This document shows, one piece after another, positions 23,645 through 32,588 of a stretch of DNA of 64,000 nt. Every line of letters begins with the position of its first letter. Position 1 is the stretch's first letter. Both the position numbers and the translations under genes were made by a program. The DNA is from an uncultured Chloroflexia bacterium (GTDB taxonomy: Bacteria > Chloroflexota > Limnocylindria > Limnocylindrales > CSP1-4). The stretch spans positions 128,001 through 192,000 of the forward strand of contig CAWHXD010000007.1 of NCBI GenBank assembly GCA_963833225.1. Reading direction: 5' to 3'. The notes beneath the pieces were generated by a model that saw nothing but the letters and a program-made list of their open reading frames with translations, was not told the DNA's origin and searched no databases.

Positions 23645-24319
23645 ATGACCGACCCCATGACCTCGTGGGCGCAGCCCGAAGACGGCGCGCCCACGCCCGC
23701 CAACCCGCCCGCCGCCCCTGCACCCGCCGCGCCCGGGCCTGGGACCGCACCCGCCGCACCCACATCGGCGGGCACGCCACCGGCCCCGCTTGCCAAGCCA
23801 CCCGCCAAGGGGAGCGGCCGGGCCACGAACATCCTGCTCGCCGTTGCGGCGCTGGTGGCCGTGGCCGGGCTCGCCTTCGCCGGGGGCCGCGTCACGGCAC
23901 CGGCAGCTGCCAGTGGCTTTCCAGGAGCGCGGGGTGCGTTCCCGGCGGGCAGCTTCGACCCGAACCAGGAGTTCCCGGCGGGCAGCTTCGATCCGAACCG
24001 GGCGGGCCAGGCCGGAGGCTTCGGCCAGGGCGGCCTGGGTGGTGACCGCGCCCTCACCATCGCCGGGACTGTCAAGAGCCTCGACGGGTCCACCCTCGTG
24101 CTCACGGCCGCCGACGGCACGGAGGTCACGATCGACGTCTCGGGATCGACCTATCACGCGGAATCCGCGGCGAGCGCGTCAGACGTGACCTCGGGAAGCA
24201 GCGTGTCGGTCACGGTGACCGGCTTCGGCGGGTTCCGTGGCCCGAACGCCAGCGCGGATCCGAACGGCGGTAGTACGGCGCCCATCCAGGCGTCCGACGT
24301 GATCATCACCGGGAACTAG
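23645..24319 (+). CDS. Membrane-anchored hypothetical protein in the MacAB-like operon
   Basis: Pro-rich N-terminus, one TM segment, Gly-rich linker and a small beta domain (GTVKSLDGSTLVLT..DG); AGGAG SD. Confidence 0.75.
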   Translation: MTDPMTSWAQPEDGAPTPANPPAAPAPAAPGPGTAPAAPTSAGTPPAPLAKPPAKGSGRATNILLAVAALVAVAGLAFAGGRVTAPAAASGFPGARGAFPAGSFDPNQEFPAGSFDPNRAGQAGGFGQGGLGGDRALTIAGTVKSLDGSTLVLTAADGTEVTIDVSGSTYHAESAASASDVTSGSSVSVTVTGFGGFRGPNASADPNGGSTAPIQASDVIITGN

Positions 24320-24425
24320 CGGCCGTCCATCGCAGGGCCGGGAGCCCCTCTTCCGGCCCTGCGGCTCGTCGCCCGACGCACGTGGCCGCGTCCGGGCAGC
24401 GGTCGTCCGTGGCACCATGCCGCCC

Positions 24426-25364
24426 ATGGACTCGCACCACTTCCGGAACGCCGTCCGTCGCGGCGGGCCGATCCTCGTCGATGGCGGTCTCGCAACCCAG
24501 CTCGAGGCGCAGGGCAACGACCTCACGGACACGCTGTGGTCGGCACGGCTGCTGATCGAGGCCCCCGAGGAGATCGTCGCGGCGCACCTCGCCTTCTACC
24601 GGGCGGGGGCAAGGGTCGCCACCACCGCCTCGTACCAGGCGACGTTCGAGGGCTTCGCGGCTCGTGGGCTGGACAGGGCTGCGGCGGAAGGGCTGCTGCG
24701 ACGATCCGTCGAGCTCGCCGCGGAGGCTCGTGACCGGGCCACGGCCGAGGGAATCGACGAGGAGCTGTTCATCGCGGCCTCGGTGGGACCCTTCGGCGCG
24801 ATGCTGGCCGATGGGTCCGAATATCGCGGCTACGACGGGCGAACCGTCGCGGAGCTGCGCGATTTCCACCGTGACCGCCTCCGCGTGCTCGCCTCGACGG
24901 GCGCCGATGTCCTCGCGGTGGAGACGATCCCGGAGACGACCGAGGGCGAGGCCATCGCCCAGCTCCTGGGCGAGCTGCCCGGAACGGCCGCGTGGGTCAG
25001 CTTCACGTGTGCCGATGGGTCCAGGCTGCGAAGCGGCGCGCCGATCGAGGATGGCATCGCGGCGGTGGCCGACGCCCCGGGCGTGGTCGCGGTTGGCGTC
25101 AACTGCACGGCCCCGGAGCACGTCGAGGAGCTGATCGGCAGGATCCGGGCCACCACGCCCCTCCCGGTTGTGGTGTACCCGAACAGCGGCGAAGGCTGGG
25201 ACGCCGTTGGGCGCCGCTGGACCGCCGGGGACAGCGGGCGCGTCGATGGTGAGGTGGCCATGCGCTGGCGGACGAGCGGCGCCACGCTCGTTGGGGGCTG
25301 CTGTCGGGTGGGCCCCTCCCAGGTCCAGGCGATGGGCGAGGCCCTCGCCGCGGTCGCCGGGTGA
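24426..25364 (+). CDS. mmuM: Homocysteine S-methyltransferase
   Basis: DGGLATQLE, LWSA, SVGPFGAMLADGSEYRG, GVNC, YPNSGE and GGCCR. Confidence 0.93.
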   Translation: MDSHHFRNAVRRGGPILVDGGLATQLEAQGNDLTDTLWSARLLIEAPEEIVAAHLAFYRAGARVATTASYQATFEGFAARGLDRAAAEGLLRRSVELAAEARDRATAEGIDEELFIAASVGPFGAMLADGSEYRGYDGRTVAELRDFHRDRLRVLASTGADVLAVETIPETTEGEAIAQLLGELPGTAAWVSFTCADGSRLRSGAPIEDGIAAVADAPGVVAVGVNCTAPEHVEELIGRIRATTPLPVVVYPNSGEGWDAVGRRWTAGDSGRVDGEVAMRWRTSGATLVGGCCRVGPSQVQAMGEALAAVAG

Positions 25365-25426
25365 CAATGGACGGCAGCCCCGGCCATCCCGATCGTCACG
25401 AGCCCCCAACCCGGAGGTCCACGCCC

Positions 25427-26137
25427 GTGTTCCGCGCCGCCTGCGCGCTCGCCCTGGTCGTCACCGTTGCCGCCGGCTGTGGTGGCGCGTCCCTGGCACC
25501 GCCCGTCGACACCGCCCCAGCCACCCAGCCGTCGGTCACGCCCATGCCGGCCGGCACCTACACCTCGGTCTCGTTCCAGCCCGCGGTCACGTTCACGGTG
25601 CCCGACGGGTGGGTCAAGCTCGAGGACAGCGGCCTGTACCTCAGCCTGTATCCGGCCGACAACGACCTGATCGGCCTCCACCTGTTTCGCGATCCGAAGG
25701 CGGCATCGCAGGACGTGAGCTGCTCCGCCCAGCCGGAGCCCGGGGTCGGTGGGACCTCGTCCGAGCTGGCCACGTGGATTGCCGGACGCCCCGGGCTCGT
25801 GGTCAGCACGCCCACGATGGCCACCGTCGGCGGGCTGCGCGGCGTGGCCATCGACGTGGCGATCCGGGCGGGCTGGACGCAGCCCTGCCCGTTCTCCAAC
25901 GGTGTCCCCGCGGTCCCGCTGATCAACAGCCCGGACATCGACCACTGGGTCGTCGTGGGCAACGAGCGGCTGCACCTGTTCCTGCTCGACCTGCCGGGCG
26001 GCGGCCTGGTCGCCGTGGATGTGGACGCCTTCGACGGCGACCAGATCGAGGATCTGCTCGCGCGTTCCAACAGCATCGTGCGCAGCCTGCAGTTCGCGCT
26101 CGACGATGCGGCGGAGTCCACGGCCCCCAGCCAGTGA
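25427..26137 (+). CDS. Putative lipoprotein
   Basis: GGAGG SD and GTG start; lipobox-like VAAGC; PAGTY...FQPAVTFTVPDGW. Confidence 0.7.
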   Translation: MFRAACALALVVTVAAGCGGASLAPPVDTAPATQPSVTPMPAGTYTSVSFQPAVTFTVPDGWVKLEDSGLYLSLYPADNDLIGLHLFRDPKAASQDVSCSAQPEPGVGGTSSELATWIAGRPGLVVSTPTMATVGGLRGVAIDVAIRAGWTQPCPFSNGVPAVPLINSPDIDHWVVVGNERLHLFLLDLPGGGLVAVDVDAFDGDQIEDLLARSNSIVRSLQFALDDAAESTAPSQ

Positions 26138-26865
26138 GCGAGGCGACCGGCGTCGCGCCGCGGATCCTGGCCGTGGTCCCGGGCTACGAGGAAGGGCCGC
26201 GGATCGGCCAGGTTGTCGAGTCGGCGAGCCGCCACGTCGCGGTCCTCGTCGTGGATGACGGCTCGACGGATGACACCGCCGCGGCTGCCGGCGCCGCCGG
26301 GGCCCGGGTCATCCGCCAGGTCCCCAACGCCGGCAAGGGCGCGGCGCTCCGGGCCGGGTTCCGGGTGGCACTCGACGAGGGCTGGGACGCGGTTCTCACG
26401 CTGGACGCTGACGGACAGCATGACCCCGACGAGATCCCACGGTTCGTGGCGGCGTTCTCGGCACCTGGCGCCGCGGGACCGCGGCCTGAGCTGATCATCG
26501 GCCGGCGCGACTTCACCCGGATGCCGCTGGTGCGTCGCCTGTCCAACACCGTGGGCACCGCCGCATTCTCGTGGGCCGTGGGCCAGCGCATCCCGGACAA
26601 CCAGTCGGGGTACCGGCTCCTCGGGCGCCGCCTGATGACGGCCATGCTCGCGAGTCACGAGACGGGGTTCGAGCTCGAGGTCGAGATGATCGCCGTCTGC
26701 CTTCGCCGTGGCTGGACGCTGGCCTGGGTGCCGATCTCCACGATCTACGCCGGCGAGCCCAGCCACGTGAAGCCGGTCGCCCACCTGCGGCATTTCCTGC
26801 GTGCGACGCGGGCCGCGCGGCGGATGATGGGTAATGCATCTTCATCGGACGTCCACCCGCGCTGA
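26134..26865 (+). CDS. Glycosyltransferase family 2 (DPM synthase-like)
   Basis: VVPGYEE, VVDDGSTD, NAGKGAAL, LDADGQH and DNQSGYR. Confidence 0.9.
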   Translation: MSEATGVAPRILAVVPGYEEGPRIGQVVESASRHVAVLVVDDGSTDDTAAAAGAAGARVIRQVPNAGKGAALRAGFRVALDEGWDAVLTLDADGQHDPDEIPRFVAAFSAPGAAGPRPELIIGRRDFTRMPLVRRLSNTVGTAAFSWAVGQRIPDNQSGYRLLGRRLMTAMLASHETGFELEVEMIAVCLRRGWTLAWVPISTIYAGEPSHVKPVAHLRHFLRATRAARRMMGNASSSDVHPR

Positions 26866-26928
26866 AGCGGGAGGCGTCATGCTTGTTCCGCCGACCCTGC
26901 CTCGGCACGTCCCAGTTGCACCCGCGAG

Positions 26929-28272
26929 ATGATGACCGATCCCACACTGATCCCCCAACCGCTGGTTCCACCGCCCGCCCCCCCGCCCCTGAAGCCGTCG
27001 GGCTTTGGTAGGGGGCGCGTCCCCGGGGTTCTCGTCCTTGTCCTTGCTCCCGTGCTCGCGATCGCGATGTTCGCGGCCGGCATCGCGGTCGGCAGCTCCG
27101 GCGGGACGCTCGGCAACGGACCGCTCCAGGCCGGAACCGCCACCCCACGTCCAAGCGGCACGCCCGCGGACGTCGCGCTCATCGACGAGGCATGGCGCGT
27201 GATCCACGACAACTACGTCGATCCGGCCAGCCTCGATGACCAGAAGCTCGCCTATGGCGCGATCAGCGGGCTTGCTGACGCCGTCGGCGACGACGGCCAC
27301 ACGGGATTCATGACCGCCGAGCAGGCGAAGGCGACTGACGAGTCACTGTCGGGGTCCTTCGTGGGCGTCGGGGTCCAGGTGAGCCAGGCCGATGACGGCG
27401 GCATCGAGATCTCGACCGTCTTCCCCAACACCCCTGCCGAGGAGGCCGGCCTCAGGCGCGGCGACCGGATCCTGGCCGTGGATGGCACGACGACCAGGGG
27501 AGAGACCGTTGAGCAGGCCGTGACCCGCGTGCGCGGGCCCGAGGGCGAGGATGTCGTGCTCACGATCGGGCGCACCGGGGTGGCCGACTTCGATGTCACG
27601 ATCACCCGCCGGAAGTTCGATCTGCCGCTCGTGAGCTGGGCAATGGTCCCGGGCACCACGATCGCCATGATCCGGCTCGACCAGTTCGCCACCGGGGCCA
27701 CGGATGGCATGAAGCGGGCGATCACCGCGGCCAAGCAGGACGGCGCCACCGGGATCGTGCTCGACCTGCGTGCCAACCCGGGTGGCTATGTCAACGAGGC
27801 CGTCGGTGTCGCCAGCCAGTTCCTGTCGGATGGCATCGTCTACCAGGAATTCGACCGGTCCGGCGTGCGCAAGGATGCGGACGTGATCCCAGGCGGCCTG
27901 GCGACTGACATCCCGCTGGTCGTCCTGGCCGATGGCAACACGGCGAGCTCCGCCGAGATCGTCTCAGGGGCCATCCAGGATGCGGGCCGCGCCGACGTGG
28001 TGGGCGAGAAGACGTTCGGTACCGGGACGGTGCTCGGGCGGTTCGATCTCTCGGACGGATCCTCGCTGCGCATCGGCGTGGAGCGATGGCTCACCCGTGA
28101 CGGCCGCCCGATCTGGCACGAGGGTCTGGAGCCCGACATCAGTGTCGCGCTCCCGGACGCCGCACAGCCCGTGCTGCCTGACACCCTCAAGGACATGACT
28201 GCGGCCGAGTTCAAGGCATCCGCCGACGACCAGGTCAAGCGGGCCGTCGAGCTGCTCACCAGCGGGCAGTAG
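26929..28272 (+). CDS. S41 family C-terminal processing peptidase
   Basis: TM segment, PDZ domain (GVGV...TPAEEAGL..GD), DLRANPGG, TASSAEI and KTFGTG. Confidence 0.93.
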   Translation: MMTDPTLIPQPLVPPPAPPPLKPSGFGRGRVPGVLVLVLAPVLAIAMFAAGIAVGSSGGTLGNGPLQAGTATPRPSGTPADVALIDEAWRVIHDNYVDPASLDDQKLAYGAISGLADAVGDDGHTGFMTAEQAKATDESLSGSFVGVGVQVSQADDGGIEISTVFPNTPAEEAGLRRGDRILAVDGTTTRGETVEQAVTRVRGPEGEDVVLTIGRTGVADFDVTITRRKFDLPLVSWAMVPGTTIAMIRLDQFATGATDGMKRAITAAKQDGATGIVLDLRANPGGYVNEAVGVASQFLSDGIVYQEFDRSGVRKDADVIPGGLATDIPLVVLADGNTASSAEIVSGAIQDAGRADVVGEKTFGTGTVLGRFDLSDGSSLRIGVERWLTRDGRPIWHEGLEPDISVALPDAAQPVLPDTLKDMTAAEFKASADDQVKRAVELLTSGQ

Positions 28273-28291
28273 CGGGTCCCGCGAATTCAAA

Positions 28292-28316
28292 CGACCGCCG
28301 GCGGGGCCGGCGGTCG
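28292..28316. terminator. GC-rich hairpin between convergent genes
   Basis: cgaccgccggc-ggg-gccggcggtcg, a perfect 11-bp stem. Confidence 0.6.
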
Positions 28317-28346
28317 CGATGCGGAACGCTTGGTGTGACCGAGCGG

Positions 28347-28556
28347 TCAGGCCTGGCCGGTGCGTCCGGCCGTCACGTGACGGCTCCAGTCCGATGTGCG
28401 GCCGTCGGGTGACTCCGAGCTGCCGATCCAGCCGCAGACGCAGGTGACCTGCTGGGCTGAATGCCGGTACTCGGCGATGACGTGCCGTCGCGGATCGGGC
28501 TCAGGGGCAGGCTTCCGCGAGGGAAGGCCGTTGCCGGGACGCCGGAGCTCGGTCAT
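28347..28556 (-). CDS. Small hypothetical protein, possible Zn-binding (H...CxC...H)
   Basis: MTELRRPG...RHVIAEY...VTCVCGWIG...WSRHV; starts 7 nt after the upstream stop. Confidence 0.55.
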   Translation of the reverse strand: MTELRRPGNGLPSRKPAPEPDPRRHVIAEYRHSAQQVTCVCGWIGSSESPDGRTSDWSRHVTAGRTGQA

Positions 28557-28563
28557 ACGGGGA

Positions 28564-28911
28564 TCAGGCCCGGCGCTGGGCGAAGCAGGCGCTGCAGTAG
28601 ACGGGCTTGCCCGACGTCGGGCGGAAGGGGACCTCGGTCTCCTGGCCGCACGAGGAGCAGGTGGCCGCGAACATCTCGCGCGGGCCGCGCGGGGCGCCGT
28701 AGCCGCCGTCGCCGCCGCGGGAGCCGAAGCCGCCGCCGCTGCTGTAGCTGCCGCCACCCGAATCACCGCGCTGGGCCTTGCGGGCGGCGCGACAGCTGGG
28801 GCAGCGCCGCGGCTCGGTGAAGCCGCGCTCCGCGTAGAAATCCTGCTCGCTGGCAGTGAAGGTGAACGACTGGTTGCAGTCGCTACAGGTCAGCGTCTTG
28901 TCGACGTTCAT
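28564..28911 (-). CDS. Double zinc-ribbon (CxxC-x17-CxxC) protein
   Basis: DKTLTCSDC...FTASEQDFYAERGFTEPRRCPSCR and REMFAATCSSCG...VPFRP...PVYCSACF. Confidence 0.92.
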   Translation of the reverse strand: MNVDKTLTCSDCNQSFTFTASEQDFYAERGFTEPRRCPSCRAARKAQRGDSGGGSYSSGGGFGSRGGDGGYGAPRGPREMFAATCSSCGQETEVPFRPTSGKPVYCSACFAQRRA

Positions 28912-29050
28912 GAAAACGATCCACTCCTGTGGTGTTTGCGACGGAGTCCGCGATCTGGCCTCGGCGGAAACCGGGAGGGGGTGGATCGAGTCGGCCGCGC
29001 TCGGCTGAAGGTGACTGTCCCCTGCGATGGGGGCGTCGCGGGACTATACG
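28912..29050 (-). promoter_or_regulatory. -10 element and structured 5' leader that could mask the SD of the zinc-ribbon gene
   Basis: TATAGT on the minus strand at 29043-29048. In the mRNA, cgatccac pairs with gtggatcg immediately after the AGGAG SD. Confidence 0.5.
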
Positions 29051-29105
29051 CCTTTCCTCGCGGAACGCCAAACCCGGGCGATCGGTGGCGGCTCGCCGGG
29101 GGCCT

Positions 29106-30174
29106 CTAGGCGACTGCGGCGACCTTGTCGGCGATGCGCTCGAGGAGGGATGTCCACGAGCCCACGAACGACGCCGCGCCGTTGTGCTGGAGCTCACCCG
29201 CGACCGCGTCCACGTCCAGCCCGGCGGCCTCGAAGCGCAGCCAGCTGGCCATCGGCGCTGGCATCGAGCGCGGTGACGGGCAGGTCCGCGGCGCCGGTTG
29301 CGAGCAGCGTCTGCTCGGGCATCGTGTTCACGGTGTCCGGGGCGGCGAGTCCCGTGATGTACAGCGTCGGAGGCAGCGACGGGTCCTTGGTGCCGGTGCT
29401 CGCAAACAGCAGCCGCTGCGGGCGCGCACCCTTGGCGATGAGGCCCTGCCAGCGCTCCGATCCAAAGAACGCGCGGTACTCGACGTAGCACTGGCGACCG
29501 ATGGCCAGGCCCACCTGGTCCTGGAGATCCGCGGGCAGCTGCTTGGCCGTTGCCGGATCCCAGCGGCTGACGAACAGCGACGCGACCGACTCGACGGCTG
29601 CCGGGAGGCCGGCCTCGACCCGGCGCTCGATGCCGCGCGTGTAGGCCTCGGCGCAGGCCAGGTATTGGGCCGGGGAGAACAGGAGGGTCACGTTGACCGG
29701 GACGCCGCCGAAGATCGTCGCCTCGATCGCGGGCAGGCCCTGGGCCGTGCCGGGGATCTTGATGAACAGGTTGGGGCGATCGCCCAGGTCGTGGAGTCGC
29801 TTCGCCTCGATCGCGGTCGCGGCGGTGTCGTAGGCAAGGAGCGGCGAGACCTCGAGGGACACGAAGCCGTCGACGCCGCCCGTGCGGTCGTGGATCGGCC
29901 GGAACAGGTCCGCCGCGCGCCGGAGGTCGTCCAGCGCCAGCTCGAAGAAGGTGTCCTCGCCCGACCTGCCGGCCCGCGCCGCGTTCGCGATCTGCGTGTC
30001 GTAGGCGTCGGAGCTGCCGATGGCCCGGTCGTAGATCGTGGGGTTGGACGTCAGGCCCGTGACGTCCAGCTCATCGATGTAGTGCTGGAGCGTCCCGCTG
30101 TCCAGCAGCGGACGGGTGATGTTGTCCAGCCAGAGGCTCTGGCCGAGGTCCGCGAGCGCGCGCGTGGTCTTCAT
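29106..30174 (-). CDS. tal: Transaldolase (frameshift near 29230)
   Basis: GQSLWLDNI, GLTSNPTI, GFVSLEVSP, IKIPGT, VNVTLLFS, ASLFVSRWD and ASTGTKDP. Confidence 0.93.
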
Positions 30175-30427
30175 CAGGCAGCTCCGATCATCGGGGCGCG
30201 GAGCGAGTGTGCGGTCTCCGGCGACCCCTTGGGCCACTGTACCGCAGCGTCGCGCCGGACCATGGTCACTGCGGCCGACCGGACCATCGCGCAGGGGCGC
30301 GATCGGGCGGGCCGGGATAGCCTTGGGCTGTCCCTGTCGCCCGTGCGCCGCCGTCGGTGGCTCGCGAGCGCACATCGATCGTCGGTGCCGTCCATCCTGG
30401 CGCCGTCGGGAAGAAGAGGATCCTGTC

Positions 30428-31021
30428 GTGCGACTGCTCCGCCCCGGCGCCCATCGGGCGTCCCTCCAGTCCCGACTCGCGGCCGTGGTGGCCGCGAGCC
30501 TGTTCGCCTCGCTGTTTGCCTTCGGCGTGTCCTCGGCGGCGCCCGCCCCGGCGTCCGCCCTGACGGCGAAGTGGCACGCGGTGGAGCTCTACTACCTCGA
30601 TCTCCTCAACTGCACGCGAACCGGTGGCTGGGTGCGCAAGGACGGGACCTGCAAGGCCTATGGGACGGGCACGTACTCCAAGTACGTGGCGCCGCTCAAG
30701 CTGCGCGACGGGATCAGCAACGTGGCCCGCCGCTGGGCAAAGAAGATCGCCACCGAAGGTGCCTGTCGCCACGGCGACCCGGGCGCGCGGCTCAAGCGAG
30801 CCGGCTACACCGGGTATGCCTGGGGCGAGAACATCGGCTGCTACGACATCCGCAGCGCCTACGCCTCCGTGCTGGCTTCACACCGGGCGTTCCAGAAGGA
30901 GAAGTCCTCGGGCGGCGGTCATTGGAAGAACATCAAGAATGCGCGCTACAAGGTGGTCGGGATCGGGGTGTGGAAGGCGAATGGCCACACCCGGCTGGTG
31001 ACCGACTTCTACCGCCCCTAG
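30428..31021 (+). CDS. Secreted CAP/SCP domain protein
   Basis: Signal peptide; LLNCTR, WGENIG and GHWKNIKNARYKVVGIGV. Confidence 0.85.
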   Translation: MRLLRPGAHRASLQSRLAAVVAASLFASLFAFGVSSAAPAPASALTAKWHAVELYYLDLLNCTRTGGWVRKDGTCKAYGTGTYSKYVAPLKLRDGISNVARRWAKKIATEGACRHGDPGARLKRAGYTGYAWGENIGCYDIRSAYASVLASHRAFQKEKSSGGGHWKNIKNARYKVVGIGVWKANGHTRLVTDFYRP

Positions 31022-31158
31022 CGCCGACCTCGCGGGACCGCCTGACGGGACCGCGCGCCAGAATGGCTGCCGGCCGGTGTGAGATGACCCACACGTCCTG
31101 GTGGGCGGTGAACTGGTGTCCCGTCACGCGCCCGGAACCCTGAAGGTACGGAGCAGCC

Positions 31159-32382
31159 ATGCGCATCCTCATCGTCGGCGCCGGTGGCGTCGGGACCGCT
31201 GCCGTCGCGATCGCGGCCAAGCGCGACTTCTTCGAGCACATCGTGGTCGCCGATTACGATCCCGCCCGTGTCGAGCACGCCCTCGCCCAGGTGGCGGGCG
31301 ACGCCCGGTTCAGTGGCGCCCAGGTCGACGCCTCAAGCGTCGAATCCGTCGTCGCGCTCATCCGGGAGCACCGGGCAAGCCACGTCCTCAACGCCGTCGA
31401 CCCGCGGTTCGTCATGCCCATCTTCGACGCCTGCGCGGAGGCCGGCGTCACCTACATGGACATGGCCATGTCCCTCTCCAGGCCCCACCCGGAACGGCCG
31501 TTCGAGCTGGCAGGGGAGAAGCTCGGCGATCGCCAGTTCGCCAAGGCGGCCGAGTGGGAGGCTGCCGGCCGGCTGGCCCTCGTCGGTCTGGGCGTGGAGC
31601 CCGGCCTGTCGGACATCTTCGCCCGGTACGCCCAGGACGAGCTGTTCAGCGAGATCGACGAGGCCGGGGTCCGTGACGGCGCCAACCTCGTCGTTGACGG
31701 CTACGACTTTGCCCCGTCGTTCTCCATCTGGACGACGATCGAGGAGTGCCTCAACCCGCCGGCCGTCTGGGAGGCTGACCGCGGCTGGTTCACCACGCCA
31801 CCGTTCTCGGAGCCCGAGACGTTCGAGTTCCCGGGGGGCATCGGCCCGGTCGAGTGCGTGAACGTCGAGCACGAGGAGGTGCTGCTGATCCCGCGCTGGG
31901 TCAAGGCGAAGCGGGTCACGTTCAAGTACGGCCTGGGCGACGAGTTCATCAATGTTCTCAAGGTCCTGCACACCCTCGGCCTGGACAGGACCGACCCGGT
32001 CATGGTCAAGGGCGTCGCCGTCTCGCCGCGCGACGTGGTTGCCGCCTGCCTGCCCGATCCGGCCGGGCTGGGCGCGAAGATGCACGGCAGGACCTGCGCG
32101 GGCACCTGGGTGACCGGTCTCGGCAAGGACGGCAACCCGCGGGCGGTCTACCTCTACCACGTGGTCGACAGCGACTGGTCGTGGAAGGAGTACGGCTCGC
32201 AGGCGGTCGTCTGGCAGACGGCCATCAACCCGATCATCGGCCTGGAGCTCCTGGCCCGCGGGACGTGGTCGGGGACAGGGGTCCTCGGACCGGAGGCCTT
32301 CGAGCCGAAGCCGTTCCTGGACCTCCTGGTCGACTACGGATCCCCGTGGGGGATGCGCGAGGATCCGGCCCCGGCGCGCTGA
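31159..32382 (+). CDS. Saccharopine dehydrogenase-like oxidoreductase (carboxynorspermidine dehydrogenase-related family)
   Basis: ILIVGAGGVG, YMDMA, GVEPG, FPGGIGP and VEHEEV. Confidence 0.85.
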   Translation: MRILIVGAGGVGTAAVAIAAKRDFFEHIVVADYDPARVEHALAQVAGDARFSGAQVDASSVESVVALIREHRASHVLNAVDPRFVMPIFDACAEAGVTYMDMAMSLSRPHPERPFELAGEKLGDRQFAKAAEWEAAGRLALVGLGVEPGLSDIFARYAQDELFSEIDEAGVRDGANLVVDGYDFAPSFSIWTTIEECLNPPAVWEADRGWFTTPPFSEPETFEFPGGIGPVECVNVEHEEVLLIPRWVKAKRVTFKYGLGDEFINVLKVLHTLGLDRTDPVMVKGVAVSPRDVVAACLPDPAGLGAKMHGRTCAGTWVTGLGKDGNPRAVYLYHVVDSDWSWKEYGSQAVVWQTAINPIIGLELLARGTWSGTGVLGPEAFEPKPFLDLLVDYGSPWGMREDPAPAR

Positions 32383-32588
32383 GCAAGATCTGACGGCGGC
32401 TTCCACGGCCCCTGATCGCCGTCTGCATCAGAACCGGTGCGTACGCTCAGAGTCCGGGACGCGAAACCCGAGCTTCGAGAGGCGACCCCCGTGGGAAGGC
32501 GTCGAATCTGATCCAGATCGCGATCGGCAGGATCTTGAGGCCGTCAGCGCCGCGGGCTGGTGCGAACTCGTCTGCGAGCGGCGGGACG

